IMG/VR virus record: IMGVR_UViG_3300018080_000115
Span: 76,695-138,362 of that record
Origin: a virus
DNA: 61,668 bases
Strand: one strand, 5' to 3'
Within the stretch, counting starts at the first letter, position 1, and every line of letters begins with the position of its first letter. Below the pieces are notes generated by a model. The model was not told the DNA's origin and did not search any database. It was given only the letters and a program-made list of their open reading frames with translations. Shown here piece by piece: positions 9,677 through 19,768 of the stretch. A program made the translations under genes and the position numbers.

Positions 9677-11019
9677 AAGGCGTCATCGCCGGTTGTCTCT
9701 TCATTTTCTTCAACAGCGACTTCCTCTTCACCGTCTTCGTCTTCCTCTTGAACGGAAACACTTTCCGATTCGTCATCGAAGGATGATTGATAAAATCCAT
9801 GCAGCTCTGATCGTTCACGAAGCATGTCCATGAACGTCTTGCGCCCGAACGGAATCGGCTCTTCCAGCCTGTTGTCAGGCAGACCGTTATAAAGCCAATA
9901 GCCCGACTTCGGCTTTCCTTCCTGAGACAATTCTTGAGTGAAGACGCCGTTGCTGTCACGGAACCAATCGGTCCAAGCGTCATAGACGCCCGAAAAAGCA
10001 TCAAGCCCGCTGCGATAGAACAAGTTCGACAGAATCTCTCGGAACGGAGGAGTGAACCTTGTCTTCTCCACCTGCGTCCGCATCTGCACGCCCGAAATGT
10101 TCTTCAGCGTAGTGCTTGAACTTCCCGCATAATAGATGCGCTTGCCTTTCTTGAGATGAATCCTCAAATCGGCCGCGTACTTGATCGCTTCACCGCCGAC
10201 AGACTCCTTGTCTGGACCGAACATCGCCATCGTGTGTCGAAGTTGATTGATGATGAACAGCAGCGAATTCGTCTTCTTGACGATTTCCCTGATTCGCCGC
10301 ATGGCCGCGCTGTGACGCTGAGCGCGCTTTCCGTAATCGACAGCACGAACGCCTTTGGCCAACTCGTATGCCGTAGGAGTCTGCGCAAGAGAGTCCCAAA
10401 CGATGACGATCGGAACCTTCGGATGCTGAGCACGAACCGTCAACATGAATTTCTCAAGAATTTCATATACCGCCTCAACATATAGCGGCTCATTGCCGTC
10501 AGCGTCTTTCGGCACCTTCAGCTTCTTTTTCGATCCTTCTTCGCCTACTTCCGTCGAACCCTTCAGCGGCTTATGCCGATCGGCAACCATCAGCAATTCA
10601 GGATCACCACCCAACTGAAAGAAGAACTCAGGGTTGAACGACAATTCGACATCCAAAAGCAGCCCGACACCGGGCATTGACGGCGTCCCGTCATGGAAAT
10701 TGACCCACCCTTTTTGAGCGGCGATCAAAGCCAACGAGCCCATCAAGCTTTTTCCGCTCGCATTGTCGCCATACACTTCAACAATGCGCCCTAACGGCCA
10801 ACCACCCCCCACGATTCGATTGCTGATGATGTAATCAAATGCCGCGTTTCCAGTGCCAACGAAATCGATTTTGCTGAATTTCTGAGTTGAAATACCAGCA
10901 TAATCCTTGTTGATCATCTGCTGAACTTCTCCCAAAAAATCGCCATAGTTGTCTATCGTAAGAATCTGATCTGGCGTACCGCTGCTTTTCTTGGCAGATG
11001 TCTTTTTCTTCACCTTCAT
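9673..11019 (-). CDS. recA: RecA/UvsX recombinase
   Basis: GGWPLGRIVEVYGDNASGKS, VWDSLA, FIINQLR, GGEAIKYAADLRI, KTRFTPPFR. Confidence 0.95.
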   Translation of the reverse strand: MKVKKKTSAKKSSGTPDQILTIDNYGDFLGEVQQMINKDYAGISTQKFSKIDFVGTGNAAFDYIISNRIVGGGWPLGRIVEVYGDNASGKSLMGSLALIAAQKGWVNFHDGTPSMPGVGLLLDVELSFNPEFFFQLGGDPELLMVADRHKPLKGSTEVGEEGSKKKLKVPKDADGNEPLYVEAVYEILEKFMLTVRAQHPKVPIVIVWDSLAQTPTAYELAKGVRAVDYGKRAQRHSAAMRRIREIVKKTNSLLFIINQLRHTMAMFGPDKESVGGEAIKYAADLRIHLKKGKRIYYAGSSSTTLKNISGVQMRTQVEKTRFTPPFREILSNLFYRSGLDAFSGVYDAWTDWFRDSNGVFTQELSQEGKPKSGYWLYNGLPDNRLEEPIPFGRKTFMDMLRERSELHGFYQSSFDDESESVSVQEEDEDGEEEVAVEENEETTGDDAF

Positions 11020-11771
11020 CAGTCTTCCTGTTCTTCTTTATTGTCATCGAATCGAATCGGAGAAACCCCTTGAGCCGCTTCCGCCGCTTCTGCCGTTTGC
11101 GCCTCATCATACCAACGCTGCACTTCAGTCATCTCGTCAACCGGAGTCTGTTCTACCGGAATCCCTTTGCGCACAGCCTTCTCTTTCTGTTCGCGCAGAA
11201 CTCTCTTCGCCTGCCCTTTGATCCTGTTGACGGTTCTAGGAAGCGGCTCTCTTTTTCCCTCATAATGTCTTCGCAATGCGGGATCAAAGTATGGTTTATC
11301 CCAAGCCGTTATTTTTGCACGTTTCATTACCTTAAAACGTTTACAGTCTTCTTCCGATGGAAAACCATATCGACGAAACATCGTCGCTCGAAACACTCTT
11401 GAAGTACTGAATGAGACTTCCCACGTCGACCAATAAGTGCCATGAAATAGATTTTTTACCAAACCAAGTTTTTTCGCTTCTTTTGAAATATTAACATTTT
11501 CTAAATTATCGATATTGTCTTTTACTATTCTTTCTAATTGCTCATCAGTAAATACAGCAGAGTGAATCGCTGTAATGGCAAGCCTGCCGACATCATCAAT
11601 GTACACATCAATCTTGTTCTGAAGAGCGAAGTAAATGAAGTCGGCCAACAATTCGCCCACATCGCGGCATTGCCCTCTATTCAGCCGAAATTCGTTTCCT
11701 CTCATATCATAAAGGTGTCTTCCGAAATCGCGCCCCAACTTGATGAACGTTTTTGGTTTTTTTCGCGTCAT
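11019..11771 (-). CDS. putative HU/IHF-like DNA-binding protein with long arm insertion
   Basis: LLADFIYFALQNKIDVYIDDVGRL resembles HU helix2-beta1; VSFSTSRVFR resembles HU F.P...L; basic. Confidence 0.4.
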   Translation of the reverse strand: MTRKKPKTFIKLGRDFGRHLYDMRGNEFRLNRGQCRDVGELLADFIYFALQNKIDVYIDDVGRLAITAIHSAVFTDEQLERIVKDNIDNLENVNISKEAKKLGLVKNLFHGTYWSTWEVSFSTSRVFRATMFRRYGFPSEEDCKRFKVMKRAKITAWDKPYFDPALRRHYEGKREPLPRTVNRIKGQAKRVLREQKEKAVRKGIPVEQTPVDEMTEVQRWYDEAQTAEAAEAAQGVSPIRFDDNKEEQED

Positions 11772-11803
11772 CTGTTCATCAGATCTATCGTCATCTATAC
11801 ATA

Positions 11804-11847
11804 AAAACTGGTGCGACAGGAAACAGCATTATTTTCCTGCCGCACCA
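11804..11847 (-). terminator. intrinsic terminator after SSB
   Basis: GTGCG.CAGGAAA / TTTCCTG.CGCAC inverted repeat with A-run on + strand (U-tract on -). Confidence 0.65.
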
Positions 11848-11860
11848 ACTCCGCTTCAGC

Positions 11861-13252
11861 CTATCGATTCGTCTCTTGATCGATCTGTTTCAGAAGCGCC
11901 TCAGTCGATTCCACTTCCTGATACGATGCACCTTGCGGCTGCTGTGGTTCGGCAGGCATGACAGGCTGAGCGACTTCTGGCTGTGTTTGTTGTTGCGACG
12001 GCTGCTCCTGTTGAGGCGGCTGCACAACATCATTGACCAACGGCTGCATCTGCTTCGGATACTGAGCGGCAATCTGTTGCAGTCTCGCCAGATCCCTTCC
12101 GCCTTCGCTCTGCCATTGTCCGAGAGCGGCAATAGCTTCCTGGTTCTGCATATTGACGCGGCTCATGGTTTCCATGATTTGCGTATTAATATCAGGCTGC
12201 GGCTGTGCAGCAGGCGGCTGCCCCATAGGAGCGACGCCTTGCGGCTGTCCTTGAGGCTGAGCAATGTTCATTCCCGGAACGCCCGCCGTGTTCGCGACGC
12301 CTGGAATCTGAGCGGCATTCGGAGCATTCGGCGCACTTTGCGGCGGCACACCAGCAACAGTCTGCGGCTGAACCGCAGGAGCATTTTGCGGCATTTCAGG
12401 GGGAGTCTGATTCTGCTGCTGCTGCGGCGGCTGCTGATTCACCTGAACAGTAGTCTGTTGTGTCTGTGGCTGCGGAGAGTGCATATGCGTATCGAGAATT
12501 TTCTTCATCTCATCATACGACTTGAGCTGAGAGAACAAATGCGCGTGCAGATCAGGCATCTCGTTCCATAACGTCGTGACGAGATTCTGATCCCCGACAG
12601 GACTTGGATCTCTAGCGATTTCCGAATTGTCATAATTCGGATATCCGCCCTTATTGGTGTTTTTAACGATCAGAATATCCTTGCCGCTGTTCCAATCCAG
12701 AATGTTTCCGTGCATCGGCCTTCCGTTCTGATCAAGACTCTGAAGCCATCCCAAGATTTTTTCCAGCATCTTCTGACCGAAATTGTACCAAACGCTCAAC
12801 AATTCCTGTTCGGAACGAATGAACGCAGGAACGGCATAGCGCCTCTTGATTCCCAACGCGCTGACCCACGCCTTTTCGTTTTCGTACATGGAGCTATAAT
12901 CACGCCCCTGCAAACGAGCCTGTTGAAAGACTTCATTGAGTCCTTCACAGAACGGACAGCGGCGATCAATGCTCTGATCATCGGACATATCCCAAACTTC
13001 GCGCGGACATTCGACGCGGATTCCGCCAAAGTCATGGAACCCACATCTCATAAAGAACTGTCCTTCACTCAGCTTTGGAAGCAGATCTGGACGTCCGGTC
13101 AACAGTCGAACCCATGTCTGGTTTTCCTTCGGAGTCCAAATCAACCGACGATCGACAGAGCCAGACGGTTTCAAGATATCACTGGCTTCCCGCTCCAAAA
13201 GTTTTCCGTAATTGAATCCGCCGCCAACCGGCATATCAGGAGATTGAGTCAT
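11861..13252 (-). CDS. single-stranded DNA-binding protein, T4 gp32-like
   Basis: WVRLL, H...CP...CPFCE zinc site, KRRY, FGQKMLEKI, ILD..SGKD..IVK, YPNYDNS; ~200-aa Q/P-rich C-tail. Confidence 0.85.
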   Translation of the reverse strand: MTQSPDMPVGGGFNYGKLLEREASDILKPSGSVDRRLIWTPKENQTWVRLLTGRPDLLPKLSEGQFFMRCGFHDFGGIRVECPREVWDMSDDQSIDRRCPFCEGLNEVFQQARLQGRDYSSMYENEKAWVSALGIKRRYAVPAFIRSEQELLSVWYNFGQKMLEKILGWLQSLDQNGRPMHGNILDWNSGKDILIVKNTNKGGYPNYDNSEIARDPSPVGDQNLVTTLWNEMPDLHAHLFSQLKSYDEMKKILDTHMHSPQPQTQQTTVQVNQQPPQQQQNQTPPEMPQNAPAVQPQTVAGVPPQSAPNAPNAAQIPGVANTAGVPGMNIAQPQGQPQGVAPMGQPPAAQPQPDINTQIMETMSRVNMQNQEAIAALGQWQSEGGRDLARLQQIAAQYPKQMQPLVNDVVQPPQQEQPSQQQTQPEVAQPVMPAEPQQPQGASYQEVESTEALLKQIDQETNR

Positions 13253-13344
13253 CTTTCTCTCACTTTCTTTGTTGTCACTTTCTTAAGCCGTTCAGGCTTT
13301 GCATTTTGTTCATACAACGGCGTCCCGTACAGAGAGACTTTTTC

Positions 13345-13938
13345 TCATTTTTCTTCTGTTTCCGATCCGTTGCCGCTATCGTTTTCTTTCGATGAAGAAG
13401 CGGGTTCAGTCTTTGGATTTTTCGGTTTGCGCGGCTTCGCAGCCGTTCTTCTGCCAGTCGTCTTCTTTGAAGGCGTCTTGATCACTTCATCTTTCTTCAA
13501 GACATACAGCGCAGACTCGACCAAGGTAGTGATTCTGGCGTGCAACTGCGCTTCGCCGCCCATCACGTTGACCAACATCGTCCAATAGTCTTCGCCAATT
13601 GAAACACGTACATTGGCAATCGTCCGATCCATCAACTGTTTGACGTCGTCAGGCTCCAACGATCCGCCGTTCTGAACAGCAAATTCACGCAATCTCTTTC
13701 CCAGCGTCTGTTCAGTGGACAGCACTGCTTGTTCAATCGTTCTCTTCAGCATCTCACCAAGTCCAAACATGCTGTCGTTCTTGATCGCTTGCACTTTGCT
13801 GACGATATACGCGCGAGCGGCGCGCAATACGAACAGTCCCACAGCACACAAAGCAGTGATTCCCAGATTGAGAAGAAGCTGAGTCCATTCCGCCCCGATA
13901 CTCGGAACTTCTGTTGCAGACAAAAGCAATTCAGTCAT
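13345..13938 (-). CDS. putative holin (LL-H-like)
   Basis: One N-terminal TM helix, EQAVLSTEQ, LVESALYVLK, basic tail; strong RBS before ATG 13938. Confidence 0.6.
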   Translation of the reverse strand: MTELLLSATEVPSIGAEWTQLLLNLGITALCAVGLFVLRAARAYIVSKVQAIKNDSMFGLGEMLKRTIEQAVLSTEQTLGKRLREFAVQNGGSLEPDDVKQLMDRTIANVRVSIGEDYWTMLVNVMGGEAQLHARITTLVESALYVLKKDEVIKTPSKKTTGRRTAAKPRKPKNPKTEPASSSKENDSGNGSETEEK

Positions 13939-13985
13939 GACCTTTCCTTTCTTTCGTGTCATTTCCAGAACTATACGAACATGAA

Positions 13986-15026
13986 TCACCATGGCGGTTC
14001 ATCAGGATCATTTGTCGGCGGTCTGTTTTCATATGGAATCTTGCTCGAATCTTCAAGATTGACGTTCATGATCTTATTTGTTCCAGGCGGCGGCGCACTC
14101 ACTCCAATCGGAGAAGACGAGAATGAAGGAGGCAAACCAGAGCTGAATGCTGAAAGCACAGTCTGTTTTTCAATCACCGAATTTGAGGAAGGAGGTTTCA
14201 TCGGAACAGTTGGCTGAGCGGGAAGAGGTACGGATGATAATGGCGCGTTTTCTTGCTGAAGGCTTTGTTGAATTTGAGGATGACGGTATGTCTGGTCTTC
14301 CGCTCTCGGAAGTTCTTGACGTTGTTTGGAAATATTCGTTGAAGGAATGGATGGCGTAGGAACCGCTCCGACTGTCTTAGTAGCCCCCACCGTGTCATGA
14401 AACGATTGAACGACGTCAGAATAGGCTTCTTCCGTGCCATGCTTGACGACATTGCTGAATGCGTCGCGTTCGGAACGCATGTTCGCGGACAGACTGATCA
14501 AAACGAACCGCATCGTTTCAAGAGCCGTAACAGCAGCCTTCATGTACCGAACAACCTCTTCGGCCTGAAGATGCTTTCTAACGGCGTCCTGATACTCAGG
14601 ATGCCTCTTGATGGCGTACTTGTACGTATCCATTGTCGGCTCTTTCGGCTTCGGTTCAGTCGTCTGAGCATTCTTGTCCAGACTGAAGTATTGCCGATGA
14701 GCGTCTTTGAATTCATCGTACAGACGTTTGCGCTCCTTTTCATAGACATCCGCTTCGACGAACTGCAAATGATGCTTCGCTGCCATCGCTGAAATTTCAG
14801 CGCGTCCGCACCATGCTCCCCAATACGCCATCTTTGCAGGATGCGCTTTGAGCCATTCGTTGATTCGATCTTCGGTTGTTTGCAAATCGTTGGTCAACGA
14901 TCGAGTAAACCGAATGCCAGAAATGACCACAGTAATCGTCAGATCATCGTGACCAATTGATTCCAAGGCTGTTTCGTTCGACGTTTCCTTTTCATAATCA
15001 GAATGGCATTTGGGAGTTTGCGTCAT
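13986..15026 (-). CDS. UvsY-like recombination mediator with P/Q-rich tail
   Basis: Helical core HPAKMAYWG...HPEYQDAV...LISLSANMRSE; sits among SSB/RecA/helicase genes. Confidence 0.55.
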   Translation of the reverse strand: MTQTPKCHSDYEKETSNETALESIGHDDLTITVVISGIRFTRSLTNDLQTTEDRINEWLKAHPAKMAYWGAWCGRAEISAMAAKHHLQFVEADVYEKERKRLYDEFKDAHRQYFSLDKNAQTTEPKPKEPTMDTYKYAIKRHPEYQDAVRKHLQAEEVVRYMKAAVTALETMRFVLISLSANMRSERDAFSNVVKHGTEEAYSDVVQSFHDTVGATKTVGAVPTPSIPSTNISKQRQELPRAEDQTYRHPQIQQSLQQENAPLSSVPLPAQPTVPMKPPSSNSVIEKQTVLSAFSSGLPPSFSSSPIGVSAPPPGTNKIMNVNLEDSSKIPYENRPPTNDPDEPPW

Positions 15027-16596
15027 TTTCGTTCACCATCTCCATTCCAGGCATCGCGGGCGGTCCACCAGTGTTCACCAAAGACGATTCATCATAGATC
15101 TGGTTCATGTCCTGAATGCTCATCGTTTCTTTTATCACCTGAAACACTGCGAACATGTTGCTGCGTGAGTTTCGAGACTTGGCAAAGAACAGACGTTGGA
15201 CGCCGTGAATTCGGTCCTGCGTACTCTCGTTGATAGTGAACATACCATCCAAGGTTCTCGGCTTCGCGAAAGAATCGGCTGTATTTTCCATTCGAACGGT
15301 TCTAGTGTCGTCAAGCATCCGATGCGTTTGAGTCGCCGTTATGCCGGATTTCTTGGCATCAACCATCCAACCCCTGAAATCCACGAAGCTTCTCGCCTGA
15401 TTTTCGTACTCGTCTTTTCCGGGCACTTCAGGACGGGCAAGGTCGAGATAGTCATCAATGATGATGTCAGGTTCGAATCCGTAACGGTCACGCAGATCTT
15501 CACAATAAACCCGCGACTCTCCGACAGTCGCCGCTCCTGTCGGATACTCTTTGATCATCAGCATCTTCTCGGATTCTTGGATGCCGTGACTGTCGAACAG
15601 ATTCCTCCGCAACGTTTCCAAACGCTGAATGCTGACGTCCGACTGTTCGATGATCGAATCCGTTGTCGACTGAAGAAAATGACTGTCGTAACGCAATGCG
15701 ACAATTTCTTCCGACACTTCCCGCGTGATGTGCAGCACGCGAAAACCGGCCTTGATGAACTGTGCGCCAAGCACTACCAACCAGATCGTTTTGCCGACAC
15801 CCGGTTTGCCCATCCAGGCATACAGCTCTTTTTTCCCGAATCCGCCCCCTGGCAATAGAGAATCCAGACTTGGAAACCCGGATGGTATGCGGTCCATCCA
15901 AAACCGCTTGACCTTCTCAAATCGCTCTTGAAGACTGAAATAATCGACTCCCTGAGACGATTCCGGTTTCAAGTATGTGACGTCTTTCAGTTTTTTTAAC
16001 AGTTCGTCATAATCCGGGACGCCGCCAGCCTGTTCCAGAAACAGAAACTGCATGAATTCCTGAAATCGCTGAGCACGCACCACCTGAATGACGCGCTCTT
16101 TGATGTAATCCGCCGACTGCTCGTCAACCGCTGGAACCTCATAATTGAATTGGCTCTGTGAAAACCAGTGATTGATGACGGATGCCGATGGGATCTGCTG
16201 AAATTTCTTGAAGTAGGACGTGATGAACATCCACGCCACCGCGTTCTGCTGAAACTCGAAATGTTCAGCCTTCAAGACACGCCTGAAGTACATGAACATT
16301 TCTCGATTCTGAAGAGCAATAGCAGGAATCTGCATCTCGAAAACCGGACCCAACGAAAAATGCGACGGTCCTTGAGGGAAGATCCTCGCAATCGTATTCT
16401 GCACTTCGTTCATGCCGTCAGAAGACGATTTCTTCTTTCTGGTTCCCGAAATTTGCTGTGTCGAGAAAGACACTGACGACTGTTGAGCGGTCTGTGTCAC
16501 AGATGGCGGCGGCGGTCTATCGACCGGTATGCCAATCGCAGAATGCCCTTGGTTTTTCGTTTCGTCTTGCTGCTGTATCAGGCTATGCAACGGCAT
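14998..16596 (-). CDS. replicative DnaB-like helicase, T4 gp41-like
   Basis: IPSGFPSLD, GKPGVGKT, IKEYPTG, IIDDYLDL, TATQ, KSRN. Confidence 0.92.
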   Translation of the reverse strand: MPLHSLIQQQDETKNQGHSAIGIPVDRPPPPSVTQTAQQSSVSFSTQQISGTRKKKSSSDGMNEVQNTIARIFPQGPSHFSLGPVFEMQIPAIALQNREMFMYFRRVLKAEHFEFQQNAVAWMFITSYFKKFQQIPSASVINHWFSQSQFNYEVPAVDEQSADYIKERVIQVVRAQRFQEFMQFLFLEQAGGVPDYDELLKKLKDVTYLKPESSQGVDYFSLQERFEKVKRFWMDRIPSGFPSLDSLLPGGGFGKKELYAWMGKPGVGKTIWLVVLGAQFIKAGFRVLHITREVSEEIVALRYDSHFLQSTTDSIIEQSDVSIQRLETLRRNLFDSHGIQESEKMLMIKEYPTGAATVGESRVYCEDLRDRYGFEPDIIIDDYLDLARPEVPGKDEYENQARSFVDFRGWMVDAKKSGITATQTHRMLDDTRTVRMENTADSFAKPRTLDGMFTINESTQDRIHGVQRLFFAKSRNSRSNMFAVFQVIKETMSIQDMNQIYDESSLVNTGGPPAMPGMEMVNENDANSQMPF

Positions 16597-17017
16597 TGGC
16601 TACCAATACGGCAATGACGAATCCAAAGCCCCATACGGCAACCCAAACACCAGAATGGAACGCCTTCATCAATGCGTCCAAAACCTCTTGACTCCCTTTG
16701 TTGATTTCGTCAGCGTTCAATTCCGGTTCGGTCACAGGCAGTTCGTGAAGAGGCGGCGGAATCACGTCCGACTCGGCTCGAAACGACTTGATCATGACAT
16801 CGTAGAAATGACCTTCCATTGCCGTAGTGCGGTTCTGGATTCGATGAGACATGATCAGAAAACACCCTGTGAAGTATTCAACCATCGAAACCATCACCAG
16901 ATTGGAGAACTGCATTCGAATCTGGAAATAGCTCTTTGCGTCCCTAAAGGCTTTGAGGATCAGGAACGCGCCCGCCAGCACCATGAACGTGAAGAATATC
17001 CCTATGAGTATTCCCAT
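16583..17017 (-). CDS. hypothetical membrane protein
   Basis: Hydrophobic segments at both termini. Confidence 0.6.
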   Translation of the reverse strand: MGILIGIFFTFMVLAGAFLILKAFRDAKSYFQIRMQFSNLVMVSMVEYFTGCFLIMSHRIQNRTTAMEGHFYDVMIKSFRAESDVIPPPLHELPVTEPELNADEINKGSQEVLDALMKAFHSGVWVAVWGFGFVIAVLVANAVA

Positions 17018-17018
17018 C

Positions 17019-17489
17019 TCAAACCCTCTTGTATTTCATCAATTCGGATTTCAGCTTCATCACTTCTTGACAAAGTTTTCGCTTCTGTTCTTCGCTATCT
17101 TTGAGCAGTTTTTCCAGTTCTCCGAAAAACACTTCTGGAAGCTTATCGTCAAAATCAAAAGGCGCATCGTGACCTTTGACAATAGCAACAATTCTTCCCA
17201 ACTGCTGTCTCAGCTCTTCCTTTTCAACTTCTAACTGTCCAAACACCTCATCTCTAAAATCTTCGTATTCTAATGCATTCTTAAAGTGAGGACATTTAGA
17301 CATCTCCTGAAAGCACGGCAATCCATCTTCATAAAACTCAGGACAGCAATGATCGACGAAGCAGATTCGCTGTTCTTGACGAAGCATGGCAGGCCGCATC
17401 CGCAACTCTTTTGCAGGGTCAAATTGACAGCCCGAAAGTACAGCTTCTTTTTTTTCTTCTGTTTCTATCGCTGCATTCATGATTACCAC
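17019..17489 (-). CDS. Cys-rich hypothetical protein (paralog of upstream gene) with coiled-coil tail
   Basis: SGCQFDPAKELRMR...ICF...CP.F..DG.PCF....KC. Confidence 0.65.
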   Translation of the reverse strand: MVIMNAAIETEEKKEAVLSGCQFDPAKELRMRPAMLRQEQRICFVDHCCPEFYEDGLPCFQEMSKCPHFKNALEYEDFRDEVFGQLEVEKEELRQQLGRIVAIVKGHDAPFDFDDKLPEVFFGELEKLLKDSEEQKRKLCQEVMKLKSELMKYKRV

Positions 17490-17713
17490 TCTTGTCCATC
17501 GTCTTTGTCATACATTTGAAGAGCAACGCATCGCTCAAAGCTTTCAAAGCAAGGATCTCCATCCTTCGCATAATACGGACATACATAGCGTGCCGAACAG
17601 ATTCGAGAATCTTGCCGCAAAATCGTCTCACGAAGCTTCAGCTCCTGTTTCGGATCAAGCCGACATCCCGAAAAAGCCGAGTCATTCGCAACAGCTTCAG
17701 GCATTCTGCTCAT
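17483..17713 (-). CDS. small Cys-rich hypothetical protein
   Basis: RBS AGGAG before ATG 17713; SGCRLDPKQELKLR...ICS...CPYY.KDG.PCF....RC. Confidence 0.65.
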   Translation of the reverse strand: MSRMPEAVANDSAFSGCRLDPKQELKLRETILRQDSRICSARYVCPYYAKDGDPCFESFERCVALQMYDKDDGQEW

Positions 17714-17724
17714 GACGCCGTCTC

Positions 17725-18630
17725 CTAGCGTACAACGCGCAAAGTATAGATCTTGGAACCATTCAAAGTGCCTGAAACCAACTTCAAGCCAAGCAGTTCC
17801 GCTGTTCTTCGAATCTTTCTTGGCGTGCGCAATGGAGCACAAACGTAACCAGTGCAAAACACCGTACGCCAACGCTTCCGCGTCTCCGTCCCTGACAACA
17901 ATGGTTCAATCTTTTTTGGAGCACGCCGATCCCGAACGAGATTCCACAACATTTCACTGCGCCGCTGCTTCTCCTCATGATTCACCGAAGGATAACCGAT
18001 TTTCGCGGCATCAATCAACGCCAGCTCTTGATCAATGCCGTCACAGAAATTCAGGATCAGCTTCAGCTCTGCATAGCTGCCGCCCGCATACTGAAAATCC
18101 TGCATGGCGTCGAAGACCAACTGATTGCGCTGATCGCCTTGCTCGCACGACCAAGACAAGATCTGTTGCAGCGCAACACCGCCCGCAAGCCTCAATTCGT
18201 CAGGATCAATGACGTCAAGCGTCTCATCGAAAAAATCCAACGATATGCATTCGTCGCATTGGTCCGAAGATTCAGCCAACTGATCCGCCAGAAAGATTCT
18301 ATTGTATCGTGCCGAAAACTTCCGGCCGCGAAGGCTATACATGAATTTTCGCAGATTGATAAAAAAGAACACATATGAACTATCCATTCTATTTGGATCA
18401 TAAAGGTTGTTATACAGCATTCGAAACGCTCTCGCCAACGCTGCTCCCTCAATTTCCACCTTGATTTCTTCAGGATCGTTATAATTAAGCAGGTTACGCA
18501 CCAATAACGCTATCTGCTTGCCGATCGCGTTCTGCTTGATGATAGCGTTTGGATCTTTCTGCCATTCAAGAAACGCTTGATCAAAGGCAAACTTTTTCGA
18601 ATCGTCTGTTGTTTCACGAGTGGTCGTCAT
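17725..18630 (-). CDS. putative sigma-like transcription factor (gp55/sigma70-type)
   Basis: Region-2-like YDPNRMDSSYVFFFINLRKFMYS; C-terminal HTH-like IRRTAELLGLK. Confidence 0.5.
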   Translation of the reverse strand: MTTTRETTDDSKKFAFDQAFLEWQKDPNAIIKQNAIGKQIALLVRNLLNYNDPEEIKVEIEGAALARAFRMLYNNLYDPNRMDSSYVFFFINLRKFMYSLRGRKFSARYNRIFLADQLAESSDQCDECISLDFFDETLDVIDPDELRLAGGVALQQILSWSCEQGDQRNQLVFDAMQDFQYAGGSYAELKLILNFCDGIDQELALIDAAKIGYPSVNHEEKQRRSEMLWNLVRDRRAPKKIEPLLSGTETRKRWRTVFCTGYVCAPLRTPRKIRRTAELLGLKLVSGTLNGSKIYTLRVVR

Positions 18631-19175
18631 GTGGTCTGTCCTTTTGGTCTTCGTTTCAAGTGAGGATTTTTGAGTTTGAAATGCAGCTTTTTGGGAAACA
18701 AGCTGATCAACTCCTCAATGAAAGCGTTCTCAAAACCTAAATCGCGCAAAACCAGAAACTGTTTGGTCGCCAACGCCCTAAGCCGATTAACGTTCTGCTT
18801 GAACCGTTCGGCAATCGCTTGCAGATGATGTCGAATCTTGCTCTGCAAGCCTATCGGCTTCCCGACTCTGAACAATCTGAAATATTCCTCATCTATATCA
18901 ACAGCAGCATAATCTATTAAAGATTTTTCGCGAATAAATATCAGAATCAAATCGCCTGTTTTTTCATCAATGAAAGGTGCGCACAACATTTCAACATACA
19001 ATGTTTCCATGCCGTCGATCGAATCCATGGCGTACAATTCGTTCGCCTTGATGTCTGCCAAAACATACGGATTCGGGTCATCCAAGATTTCTCTCAGGCT
19101 GTTCTTCTGCACCTGTGCTTCACCTGTTTGGTCGCAATTTTCTTCCGGCTTCTTCAAGTCGTTTTTTCTGTTCAT
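18627..19175 (-). CDS. hypothetical protein
   Basis: 182-aa ORF, ATGA overlap. Confidence 0.6.
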   Translation of the reverse strand: MNRKNDLKKPEENCDQTGEAQVQKNSLREILDDPNPYVLADIKANELYAMDSIDGMETLYVEMLCAPFIDEKTGDLILIFIREKSLIDYAAVDIDEEYFRLFRVGKPIGLQSKIRHHLQAIAERFKQNVNRLRALATKQFLVLRDLGFENAFIEELISLFPKKLHFKLKNPHLKRRPKGQTT

Positions 19176-19695
19176 CGTCCAATTTAAGTGCTATTCCGCC
19201 CTGGCATCCTGGACAACCATGGCGAATATCATAAGCAATATCATGCTCCGAACAAAAGTCCACCAGATTGACGCCGTTCATCTTCATCCCGTTGTGCGTC
19301 ATGATACGGTCCATTTTGTTCTGAGCAGCATACTCGAATATTTTATCATCTCGACGCTTGCGTTCTTCAATGCTTTGCCGAATGACGTTCAAGAAAGCGT
19401 CCATGTTCAACTCGTCAACCACGGTTCCATCCCATCTGCGGACTGATTGACTATCAATCACAATGGCAACACCTGTGGTCTTTTCTATATGCATATTGTC
19501 TTCAGGGCTCACCTCATCATGACGAATCGGATAGATCGTCCGTCGAAACGACGCAGGGTTGCCTTTGTTGTCCTTGTAGGTTTCAGTGCCAAGCCGAATG
19601 AACCATTTATCGACCGGCATGGACGCGCCTTGCAGCAGCCGCGCAATCTTCAAGAACAGACTTGAATGGAATTGAATCGGAGATCTTGAAAGCAT
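19120..19695 (-). CDS. hypothetical protein with C-terminal Cys/His motif
   Basis: RBS AAGGAAGG before ATG 19695; C..H...GCPGC. Confidence 0.6.
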   Translation of the reverse strand: MLSRSPIQFHSSLFLKIARLLQGASMPVDKWFIRLGTETYKDNKGNPASFRRTIYPIRHDEVSPEDNMHIEKTTGVAIVIDSQSVRRWDGTVVDELNMDAFLNVIRQSIEERKRRDDKIFEYAAQNKMDRIMTHNGMKMNGVNLVDFCSEHDIAYDIRHGCPGCQGGIALKLDDEQKKRLEEAGRKLRPNR

Positions 19696-19768
19696 TTGGC
19701 CTTCCTTGTGTCCCGTGGCTTTATTGTCAAGATGAAAAATGCCACACCCCCGCTGAAATGTCAATGTT

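Noticed and set aside
10490-10590. Intein in RecA insertion
   Set aside because: Only ~30 charged residues with no N-terminal Cys/Ser or His-Asn splice motifs; a simple loop insertion
15470-15481. tRNA T-loop-like GGTTCGAATCC
   Set aside because: Lies inside the helicase CDS with no cloverleaf; no tRNA genes were found in the window
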